Shown here: positions 11,738 through 22,147 of the stretch, piece after piece
How positions within the stretch are numbered: the stretch's first letter is position 1
Layout of the letters: every line of letters starts with the position of its first letter
Assembly (NCBI GenBank): GCA_963752595.1
Contig: CAVVYZ010000009.1
Location: 300,038 to 364,037, forward strand
From: an uncultured delta proteobacterium
GTDB lineage: Bacteria; Desulfobacterota; Desulfomonilia; UBA1062
Direction: 5' to 3'
DNA: 64,000 nt
Position numbers and translations under genes: made by a program
The notes under the pieces: model-generated
Database searches by the model: none
What the model was told of the DNA's origin: nothing
Seen by the model: only the letters and a program-made list of their open reading frames with translations

Positions 11738-12526
11738 CTACTGGGCAGAGGCTTTGATGATCGAGCCCGAAATCATGCCCCAGTTGTTCTTCAGGACCAT
11801 GTAGCGGGGAAGCTCGAGCGGGTCCTTGTTCAGGCTTAAGGGAGAGAGAACTCCGCCCCAGTTGATGGTAAAGGCATATGCATACCCTGAACTTTTAAGG
11901 GTCTTTTTCGTGATATCGCTCCGCACGCCGTTGGGATAGACAAAGGCAGAAATCCTGATCCCGAGATTCTTTTCCAGTAACTCTTTTGAGCCGGTTATTT
12001 CATGGATGAACTCGGCCTTGTCCTGATCATAGAATTTCTGATTCATGAGCATGTGATAATATCCATGGGCTGCGATGTCACAACCGTCCTGGACGAGTTC
12101 CTTGAGCTGCTCCCAGGTGAGCGCATAGGTTTTCTTCCCGATGATGTTCGGATAGATGGCAAGGAGAGGTTTGATGCCCAGAGGCTTCATGGTCTGCCGG
12201 TACGCCTCCAGGACGCTTCTATTGCCGTCGTCGATGACGACGAGGATATTCTGCGTCCCCGTTACCGTGCCTTTTACGAGGTCTGAGTATGACACGAAGC
12301 GGAAGCCCTTACTCTTTAATGAATTCATCTGGGCGCGGAACTCCTCCACGGGGATATCGCTCGGAAAGGGCTTATTCCCGAGAAAGGAATGATAGCAGAG
12401 CACGAATACCTTCTGGTCTGCCGCAGGAGCATCGCTCCATCCGGCAAAGCATAAAGACAAAACGATCAATCCTGCTGAAATGTAGGCTCCTATTCTTCCT
12501 TTTGAAGTTCCGATCTGATCCGGCAT
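11738..12526 (-). CDS. Secreted polysaccharide deacetylase (CE4 family)
   Basis: N-terminal signal/TM, VLCYH, VIDDG, AAHGYYH, FVYPNG, ELPR. Confidence 0.85.
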   Translation of the reverse strand: MPDQIGTSKGRIGAYISAGLIVLSLCFAGWSDAPAADQKVFVLCYHSFLGNKPFPSDIPVEEFRAQMNSLKSKGFRFVSYSDLVKGTVTGTQNILVVIDDGNRSVLEAYRQTMKPLGIKPLLAIYPNIIGKKTYALTWEQLKELVQDGCDIAAHGYYHMLMNQKFYDQDKAEFIHEITGSKELLEKNLGIRISAFVYPNGVRSDITKKTLKSSGYAYAFTINWGGVLSPLSLNKDPLELPRYMVLKNNWGMISGSIIKASAQ

Positions 12527-12951
12527 GGCGCATCCTTTCTCTCACGTTGAGTGTTTGATCAGACTGCTTTCTGTTCCTCTCTATAGCCCAAGAATTTCGT
12601 TTCCGCCAGGGGGATGATAGGGTGTGAAACCACCATTTTGCCCATGTCCCTGAGAAGAACATGAAATGATTATCAGGGCGAACGCAGTTATTTTAGGATC
12701 TTTGACAGACCGATTCCCTAAAATGTGCACAGTATCCCTTCTCTCCGGGGCGGCTCCCGGAGGTAATACCGGACATCCGTCCCCGCCTACGACTTTTCAA
12801 CGGACATCACTTACACCCCGCCGGCCGGGGTGCTTTAAAATCCGGCCTTGTCTTGCAGGGATTTCGAAAAAGCGTTAAGATACGCCCAATGTCTCACCGT
12901 TGGGTACCCAAGGGACAGCGGCAGGAGAATTATTCGAGAGCAGCAGGTGAT

Positions 12952-14526
12952 ATGAAGACAACAGCACCCATCAACGCCCGCAAGCCGGGAAAAAAGACCG
13001 GCAAGGCGGCATCCGGCAGTGGAAATACCCGCAAAGATACGGTCGAAGTGATCGCAAATGCGGGCAAGACCATGGAGAAGCTCCACCGGATCGAGTCGGA
13101 ACAGAAAAAGGATCAGCAAGCCCTTGAGGAGATTACGCATGCCCTCAAGGAGCGGGTGAAAGAGCTCAACTGCCTTTACAGCATATCGCACATCGTTGAA
13201 ACCTATGGCCTGGACCTGGATATGATTCTCGACCGTTCCGTAGAAGTCATCCCCATTGCCTGGCAATACCCCGAGGTCACCTGCTGCCGCATACGCCTTG
13301 AAGGGACCCTCGTGCAGAGCCCGGATTTCGAGGAGACTCCCTGGAAGCTCTCCCAAAACATCGTGGTTGACGGCGAAGCCCTTGGCTTCCTTGAGGTTTT
13401 TTACCGTGAGGAAAAACCCGAGATGGACGAAGGTCCCTTCCTTGCCGAAGAAAGAAGCCTCATCAAGGTAATAGCTGAGCGGTTCGGAAAGCTCGTCGAT
13501 CGAAAGCGTGCCGAGGACGCTCTTCATGAGAGTGAGCTTAAAAATATCGCGCTCCTGAATGCCATACCGGATCTCATGTTCCAGGTAGATGACAAAGGCA
13601 CCCTGGTAGGGCTCCGTTCAGGGACTTTCATAATGCTCCGGGATCTCGAAGAGCGGCTCGTAGGAAGAAGCATCTATTGCCTGGCGGATGAAGAAGACCT
13701 GTTGCCCCGCCGGCTCATCGACCATGCCATGAACTCCGTACGGCGGGCCCTGGAAACAGGAAATCCCCAGGTCTTTGAACAGCATACCTCCCTTAACAGC
13801 AAAGGCAGGGACTACGAGATACGCATGGTGGTATGCAGGCCTAACGAAGTGCTCGGCATCGTACGTGACATCACGAGGAGAAAAAGGCTGGAGCGCGAGA
13901 TCCTTGAAATAAGCAACCGGGAGCAGAGAAGAATCGGCCAGGACCTCCATGACAGCCTCTGTCAGCATCTTGCCGGCATCGGGTTCATGGGCAAGGTGCT
14001 CGAGAAGAAGATATCATCGAAAATCCCTGTGGAAACCGGCGATGTCCGGGAAATCGTCGATCTCATCGACCAGGCGATCACGCTCACCAAAGGTTACGCC
14101 CGCGGGCTCAACCCTATCCAGCTCGAGGCCGAAGGCCTCATGATCGCACTTGGCAAGCTCGCTGAGAATGTCCAAAGGCTTTTCGGCGTTACCTGCACAT
14201 TTACCTGCACGTCGCCGATCTACATCCTTGATAATGAAATGTCCGCCAACCTCTACCGGATCGTACAAGAGGCATTGAATAATGCGATTAAACACGGTAA
14301 GGCGGATACGGTGTCTATCACATTGGAAAAAAATGGATCGACCGTACACTTGAACGTATGCGACAACGGCATCGGCATCGGGAAAACAAAGAGGAAAGGG
14401 AAAGGCATGGGGCTGAACATCATGCGCTACCGTGCCTCCATGTTCGGCGCCTCCCTCGATATCAAGAGCCGTGTGCATGGCGGAACCGAAATCATATGCT
14501 CATTCCAGCTCTCGGAAGGGCACTGA
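12952..14526 (+). CDS. Cytoplasmic PAS sensor histidine kinase, HisKA_3 (NarX/UhpB class)
   Basis: ERVKELNCLY input domain, PAS (NAIPDLMF...RDITRRK), EQRRIGQDLHDSLCQ, RIVQEALNNAIKH, DNGIG, GMGL. Confidence 0.9.
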   Translation: MKTTAPINARKPGKKTGKAASGSGNTRKDTVEVIANAGKTMEKLHRIESEQKKDQQALEEITHALKERVKELNCLYSISHIVETYGLDLDMILDRSVEVIPIAWQYPEVTCCRIRLEGTLVQSPDFEETPWKLSQNIVVDGEALGFLEVFYREEKPEMDEGPFLAEERSLIKVIAERFGKLVDRKRAEDALHESELKNIALLNAIPDLMFQVDDKGTLVGLRSGTFIMLRDLEERLVGRSIYCLADEEDLLPRRLIDHAMNSVRRALETGNPQVFEQHTSLNSKGRDYEIRMVVCRPNEVLGIVRDITRRKRLEREILEISNREQRRIGQDLHDSLCQHLAGIGFMGKVLEKKISSKIPVETGDVREIVDLIDQAITLTKGYARGLNPIQLEAEGLMIALGKLAENVQRLFGVTCTFTCTSPIYILDNEMSANLYRIVQEALNNAIKHGKADTVSITLEKNGSTVHLNVCDNGIGIGKTKRKGKGMGLNIMRYRASMFGASLDIKSRVHGGTEIICSFQLSEGH

Positions 14527-14565
14527 AACGAACGAATAAAAGTCAATTGGTGAGGAGGAATACAT

Positions 14566-15216
14566 ATGGGCCGCATGAGAATCATGATCGTGGATGATCA
14601 CCCGATCCTTCGCAAGGGGTTGGCTATGGTTATCAACCAGGAACCGGATCTTACGGTTTCCGCAGAGGCTCCAGACGCCTCTACCGCGCTCGATATGATG
14701 GAATCGCACAAGCCCGATCTGGTGATGGTGGACCTCTCGCTCCCGGGCATCGACGGGATCGAGCTGATCAAGACCATGAAAATCAGATACAAGGATCTTC
14801 CCGCCCTCGTGGTATCCATGCATGATGAGTCGATCTTTGCCGAACGGGCCCTGAGGGCCGGTGCACGAGGATATATCATGAAGCAGGAGGCCGTGGAAAA
14901 GGTCCTGGTTGCCATCCGCAAGGTTCTGAACGGCGAGATCTTCGTGAGCGACAAGATTACCACGAAGATGCTCGAAACCCTTGTCTCCAGCGATGCGAAA
15001 CCCGTGAGCTCGCCGCTCGATCTCCTGAGCAACCGAGAGCTCACCGTATTCCGCATGATCGGTCAGGGCTTCAAGACCAGCCAGATCGCCGAAGAGCTCC
15101 ACTTAAGCGTAAAGACCATAGAATCGTACCGTTCGCACATCAAGGAAAAGCTCAAGCTCGATACCGGCACCGATCTCATGAAATATGCAATCCAGTGGGT
15201 GCAGAACGCGGCCTGA
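14566..15216 (+). CDS. NarL/FixJ family response regulator (REC + LuxR HTH)
   Basis: IVDDHP, MVDLSLP, LSNRELTVF, LSVKTIESYRSHIKEKL; AGGAGG RBS. Confidence 0.93.
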   Translation: MGRMRIMIVDDHPILRKGLAMVINQEPDLTVSAEAPDASTALDMMESHKPDLVMVDLSLPGIDGIELIKTMKIRYKDLPALVVSMHDESIFAERALRAGARGYIMKQEAVEKVLVAIRKVLNGEIFVSDKITTKMLETLVSSDAKPVSSPLDLLSNRELTVFRMIGQGFKTSQIAEELHLSVKTIESYRSHIKEKLKLDTGTDLMKYAIQWVQNAA

Positions 15217-15596
15217 AGAAAAAGAAATGCTTGAATGGGACGCCGGAATTGACAGATTGCGATGCATCCGGCTCACAAGTCAAGCCTTCTTTGCCCAGCG
15301 GAACACCGCATCAAACAACGATTGCCACCCAAATAAGGGATTGCCCCTATATCTGCATAGGGGTACCCCTTATGCAGATTCCAGCATTTCCCTGATTGTT
15401 AAACCTGCTTTTTTCGGGTTTTATAAGGGTAATTTTTCTCATAGCAAAAGAGTGGAAATAAATTAATGCTTAATAAACTGATAGTTGCCAATCAAGGGGC
15501 ACATCAGGGAATGGATGATTCTGCAAAGGTAAGGTGACGAAGTGAAACGGCTATATCGGAAAAGCTGTAAACCATACTAACTTAGAGGAGGAATAA

Positions 15597-16962
<1,366 letters not shown>

Positions 16963-17193
16963 TAAGTTACAAAGAGGATGGCGTATTCGTGCGTACGGTG
17001 GACACGAACCTGCTTTTATGAGTAAAGGCACGGCATGAAGCATATCATGTGCGCCGTTCTCCACCTCCTTTTTCCCTGTCACTTCAACACGGCTTCCGGC
17101 CCGGGTTCTCACCCGGGCCGATCTTTCTTGTGCAGGCTTAAGCATCTCAAAGCCTCTAACTATCGGTGAGCCGGTGCACCTCATGAGGCGCCT

Positions 17194-17841
17194 ATGGATC
17201 CGATCATGATGGATCGTGCGGCAAAATACGGCAGCAATGCATATCGTTTTCTCATCAAGCCCGAGGACACCCTCCTGCTGGTCATCAATATCCAGGAAAA
17301 GTTCCTTGCAGCCATGGAACAGGATCACCGGCAGACCTTTCTGAGGAACAATCAGGCCCTTATCCGGACGGCCCATGCCTTGGACATTCCCATCATCGCA
17401 AGCGAGCATATGCCTGAGCGCTTCGGCAGGTTAGCGAGCGAAATCGACGAAACTCTCGGGGATGCACTTCGGATCGCAAAGCTCAAATTCAGCTGCTGGC
17501 GAGAAGGCCGGATCATGGCCGAGATCAAAAAAACCTCCTGCAAGACCGTGATCGTTTCGGGCATGGAGGCCCATGTATGCGTGCTCCAGTCGGTCATGGA
17601 CCTGCTCGTCACCGGGCATTACCCCATTGTTGCCACGGATGCGGTCTGCTCGCGGTTTCTCTATCACAGGGAAACGGCGGTAAAAGCCATGGCACAGGCG
17701 GGTGCGGTTGCCTACCCGACGGAAGCCATCGTGTTCATGCTTCTGGATACGGCCGGGACCCCGCTCTTCGAAGAAACGCTGAAGCTCCTGGATTTTAGAT
17801 GCCCACCCCTTCCCGCATCAAAGGGGATCGTGAACGAGTAG
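17194..17841 (+). CDS. Isochorismatase (cysteine hydrolase) family protein
   Basis: LLVINIQEK, KLKFSC, GMEAHVCVLQS, DAVCSR. Confidence 0.85.
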   Translation: MDPIMMDRAAKYGSNAYRFLIKPEDTLLLVINIQEKFLAAMEQDHRQTFLRNNQALIRTAHALDIPIIASEHMPERFGRLASEIDETLGDALRIAKLKFSCWREGRIMAEIKKTSCKTVIVSGMEAHVCVLQSVMDLLVTGHYPIVATDAVCSRFLYHRETAVKAMAQAGAVAYPTEAIVFMLLDTAGTPLFEETLKLLDFRCPPLPASKGIVNE

Positions 17842-17868
17842 CGACTTTTTACGTGCTGAAAGCCGGGC

Positions 17869-20468
17869 TTATTCCGGGCTGAAACAGAGCGCCTCCTGGG
17901 AAAGGACGTCGGCATACAGGTAGTAATTCTCCTTACCAAGATCCTTCACCTTCACCACATGCTCGTATTTTGCCTGCTCGGGCAGAAGCGTGCCGAGGAT
18001 ATTCGGCCCGCTGTCGATGAACTCTTTATTGAAGAACGAATGGGAGGTCTCCGGAAATATCGCCACGTAGAAGATGTCCGTTTCCACGAGGTCCTGGAAA
18101 AAGTGCGTGCCGTACGAGAGCTCCGGCATGAGGCTTCCGCCCATATAGGCAAGCTCCACGATGACGCTGATGTTGTTGATTTCGGAAAACCGGACGGGCA
18201 CGCCCAGCGATGGCGTCGTGGTTCCCCATCTCCCCGGCCCGATGAGGACGGCAGGTGTCTTTTCCCTGTCGGATAGCCGGTTGATCTTCCCGATGAGCCG
18301 CGCGATGTCGTACTTCTCGGAGAGCGTGAGCTTGTGATAAGCTTCCGGTTCGACCATGATGATGCGTCTGACCTGCTGATTCGCGCTTCCGCCCATGAAG
18401 CTCCCTTCGGAGCGGAAAATCACCTTCCCGTCCGGAATATTCCTCGGCACCACGACCCTCTTGCCTTCGCCCTTGGTCTGCAGCGGCCTGCACTGGACGA
18501 GGTTGACGGCAAAAGCGCTGTCTTCGGTGAAGTTGACCGTAAATTCGATATCCACCGGGTAGTCGTATGCCCGTTCAAGGGTTTTGAGCATCCTGTGCAT
18601 GGTGTCGGGAAGGCTGCTTTCGGAAAGGAGCCGGTCAAACGTGACGATCCACCTGCTCCCGGCGCTCCCTGCCTCTTCCCTCATCATGTCTCCGGAATCC
18701 CTGTCCAGGGTGCCGATCAGATCGAGGTTCACCCTTGCATCCTCATTCATCACCTGGGAGGCCGGGACGGTCTCAAAGCTGTTCTTGGATGATATCGAGC
18801 ACGTCGACATCGTGCTGGGAATACTTCCGGACTTCCCCGATCTCGCTGTACGGTTTGACCAGCGGGGCGTCCAGCGCAACGATCCGCGGGTAGTCGTTGT
18901 CCACCCGGTTCACTGCCCGCGTGCCCAGGCCCAGCACGAGCCGGATCATCCCTGCCTTGGGGTCCATGTCCTTCCTCCAGACGAAGGTATTGTAGGAGAT
19001 CCCACGCCGGCCAGATCCGGGAAGAAATACTCTTTCCGGTACGACCCCGATACCCTCTGGACCAGCAGGGCCATCTGCTCGTCATGCTGGTCGAGGCCCC
19101 TCTGCAGGCGGTAGGTCAGGGCGTCTTCGTTCATCATGCTCGAATAGACCTGCCGCACGCATTCCCTGAAATTCTTGAACCGCTGTTCCGGGGTCCCCTG
19201 GTTGACGCAGAAGATGCTTTCGTATTTGCCGGCAAAGGCGTTGCCGAAGGCGTCTTCCAGAAGGCTGCTCGATCGGACGATGATGGGAGACTGGCCGAAA
19301 TATTCGATCAGGTGCCAGAACTGCTCCTCGATCTCCTCGGGGAAGTCGCCTTCGAGCATGTTCTCCTGCAAGCGTCCTGGCCACTTCGAAATAGCCCTCC
19401 TTTGTCTTCTGCTCCATGCGGAGCTTCCACCAGCCGTTCTCGACGATATAGGTATAGAAGACATCCGAGCCGATGTAGAAGGAGTCATGGGGCTCCAGGA
19501 GCGACCCCCAGTCGAATGACCCGTCTGAGCGAAAGGATCTTCCTGGCCAGCAGCATGCCCACGGCTTTGCCGCCGATGTAGCCGGTCCCGATGAGCCTCG
19601 ATTTGATGTCGAGGAGATCTTCGAGGGTAAAGCTGCCTGCTTGCGAGGTCGAATATCCTGTGTTCCCGGCCGATCATGATCTCGCAGAGGTGGTCCGAGC
19701 ATCGCTCCTTTTCTGCGGCTCTCCGCTCGTCGCTTACCAGATCTCTTCCACCGTGAGAAAGAGCCGGTCCCAGTAATCGAGGTTCCTCCTCGTCTCTTCC
19801 GGTATCCCGTCCGGAAATATAGGTGAAGAGCCTGCCCGACATCGACGCTGCTCGTGACGGGCAGGAAGCGTCCTCCTCGCATGCTTGTGGGGCAGGAACA
19901 TGGTGGGCTTGTGCCGTCCCATGACCTTCAGCGGATGGACGTAGATGCTGTCTCCGTACGTTGTAGACATCGAGGAGGACCTGGGTGGTTTCCCGGATCC
20001 TGGCCACGGTCTTGAAGGAATGGCTGTTACGGATAAGCCCGAAGTAGGCGATGGTGTTGAGCTGGTAAAGATAGGGACATGTGATCCTGAAGAAGTTGCC
20101 GATCATGAGGTCGGTGGCCCAGGCGGAAAGAGGTCGGAAAGGCAGTCGAAGACATAAAACACATCTTCTCCTTCCTTGGTGACAATGGTGTACACCTGCG
20201 TTGAGAAGGACTCGAACCCGCTGTAGGCATCGAGCTTGTAGGTGACGACTGCAGGGTTGTTCTCAATGAGCGGCTTGTGTCCGGCAAACCGTATGTACAC
20301 GACCTTCTGTGCTCTTCGACCGCCCGGGTAACAAAGGGCGCCGACAAAAAAGAGGTAGTCGTCGATGCTGTCCACCTGCCAGACCACATTATCGCCGGTC
20401 CGAAGGCCGTCGATAATCTGATCGAAACTCTCAAGCCCGGTACTGACCCTTCCGACCAATTTCCCCAT
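17869..20468 (-). CDS. PEP/pyruvate-binding (PPDK_N, ATP-grasp) domain protein with N-terminal KaiC/RecA-like region (multiple frameshifts)
   Basis: Fragments: RVSTGLESFDQIIDGLRTGDNVVW; PIIVRSSSLLEDAFGNAFAGKYES; MALLVQRVSG; LVLGLGTRAV; YPVDIEF; LVQCRPL; GPGRWGTT; LSYGTHFFQDLVE. No His-swivel domain seen. Confidence 0.85.
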
Positions 20469-20825
20469 GATGTCCTTCCTTTCAAGGTCTTTCGCGGCTT
20501 TGGCTCTGCTGATGATACCCAAGCCCTGCGCAAAGGCGCCGATCCGTTTTCGAAATCCCGTAAAGCTCCTTGGCTGTAATCAGAAATCATTGCTATTCTG
20601 CCTTTTGTCAAGCGCAAAGAGGCATTGATGCATGACTCCCATTGAGGAAAACATTCCTTATGGTTATTATGAATGATATCGCGTTCAAAGGATTGAACAG
20701 GCGCTTTAGAACAGCGCGCAAGCGGTTTTTCATCAGAGGTGACGTATCTTTGTTTCACCCTATACCGGAAACATTCTTGATTACAAAGCCGGTCCTTCAA
20801 GCGCCTACCGGCAAAGGAGTAATTC

Positions 20826-21111
20826 ATGACCGACAAAGACGCTTTCCAGCTCAAGATGCAGCATAAATTGGACGAACTGAGTGCGGAAATCGATAAAATG
20901 AAGTCAAAGGCGAATCAGGAAGATACCGGAACCAGGAACGAATATTATAAGCAGATCAACTACCTTTTAGGGAGGCGGGGGCTGCAGAAGACAGGTTGGA
21001 CGAATTGAAGAAACGGAAGGCCGATCCTGGGAAAAGCTGAAAGAAAGCACCGAGAGTGCGTACAATGACGTAAGAACTGCCGTTGAATCAGCATGGACAA
21101 AGCTCAAATGA
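20826..21111 (+). CDS. Small coiled-coil protein, Sll1863-like stress protein (frameshifted)
   Basis: AAGGAG RBS; MTDKDAFQLKMQHKLDELSAEIDKMK..., continuing after shifts as WEKLKESTESAYNDVRTAVESAWTKLK*. Confidence 0.6.
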
Positions 21112-21214
21112 CACCTGCACCGGAATGGCAGATCAGCAAGCATCGGTCAAAGCAGTCTTCCCAAAGGCGTAACCCTCGTGCCTCACATCATATCAAAGAG
21201 AAAGGAGAAAGAAG

Positions 21215-21676
21215 ATGAATCAGGTAAGATTGATGATCATCGCCCTGGCGGCTCTGACCGCTGCATTATTTGTCATCATCCCTGTAGCCGTTGCACGGCG
21301 TCTGTCCGCCAACAGGGCTGCAAAAAGGGTAAAGTACCATACGGCCAAGGCTCTCGAAGCACTCAAAGATTATACTTCCGATCAGCGGGACGAGGCCATC
21401 GGGCAGGCAAAAGCCACGATGAACGACCTGGATGATCGCATCGAGGCATTGCGGCAGGCCATGTTCAATAACTGGGATAAAATGGATCAGGCAGCCAGGG
21501 AAAAATCGAGGAGCTCTCTCTATGAGCTTACAAAAAAGCGGAACCAGCTCGCCGAATGGTATGGAGCCATGGTTCACAGCTCTGCAGAAGCCTGGAATGA
21601 TGTGAAAGAAGGATTCATGGACAGCTTCCGCATCCTGAGCTCTTCCTTCCAGCAGGCCCAGAGCGAATTCAGCTGA
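21215..21676 (+). CDS. Membrane-anchored coiled-coil protein, similar to the upstream small protein
   Basis: N-terminal hydrophobic helix; C-terminal SSAEAWNDVKEGFMDSFRILSSSFQQA resembles the upstream gene's C-terminus. Confidence 0.65.
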   Translation: MNQVRLMIIALAALTAALFVIIPVAVARRLSANRAAKRVKYHTAKALEALKDYTSDQRDEAIGQAKATMNDLDDRIEALRQAMFNNWDKMDQAAREKSRSSLYELTKKRNQLAEWYGAMVHSSAEAWNDVKEGFMDSFRILSSSFQQAQSEFS

Positions 21677-21721
21677 TCTCTGCAAGCATTTCGCTGTAGA
21701 GATTGATTTTCTTTGAAGAAG

Positions 21722-21766
21722 GGCTTATTACGAGTGCACCTCTCAAAGCCGGCCTCGTAATAAGCC
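21722..21766. terminator. 13-bp inverted repeat downstream of the coiled-coil pair
   Basis: GGCTTATTACGAG ... CTCGTAATAAGCC; long loop and no clear U-tract. Confidence 0.4.
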
Positions 21767-22147
21767 TCTGGATGCTATTCCTTGCAGGCTCATGGCATAC
21801 GAAACACTTTATTTATTGCACGTATAAAAATTCTGCTTTATTATTACGCGTATTATTTGATTTTTATTTTATTTGACGGGATGTCTTCGAATCCATCATG
21901 TTTTTATGCATCCACAACCCATTGGGCCTCATTTTTTTGTAGAGGACTCGTATCATGTAAAACATGGCCGGACATCGCGGGCTGAGGATAGCGTCATTCT
22001 GCAAAAGAGAACTCCTCTTATCCCCGGTAAGGCTTACCCGGTTCAGACAGGAGAAACAGTAAAAAAAATTATGTCCGAAACATGACCGATGCTTTGATAA
22101 TCATCAGCCGGGTAAGATAAGGGGCTGATGATGCAGAGGGGTTTACC

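Noticed and set aside
20530-20594. ANTAR-like dual hairpin (AGCAATGAT / AGCCAAGGAGCT) upstream of the PPDK_N gene
   Set aside because: The first stem does not pair, the second loop lacks the conserved A1, there is no U-tract terminator, and no ANTAR protein is in the window.
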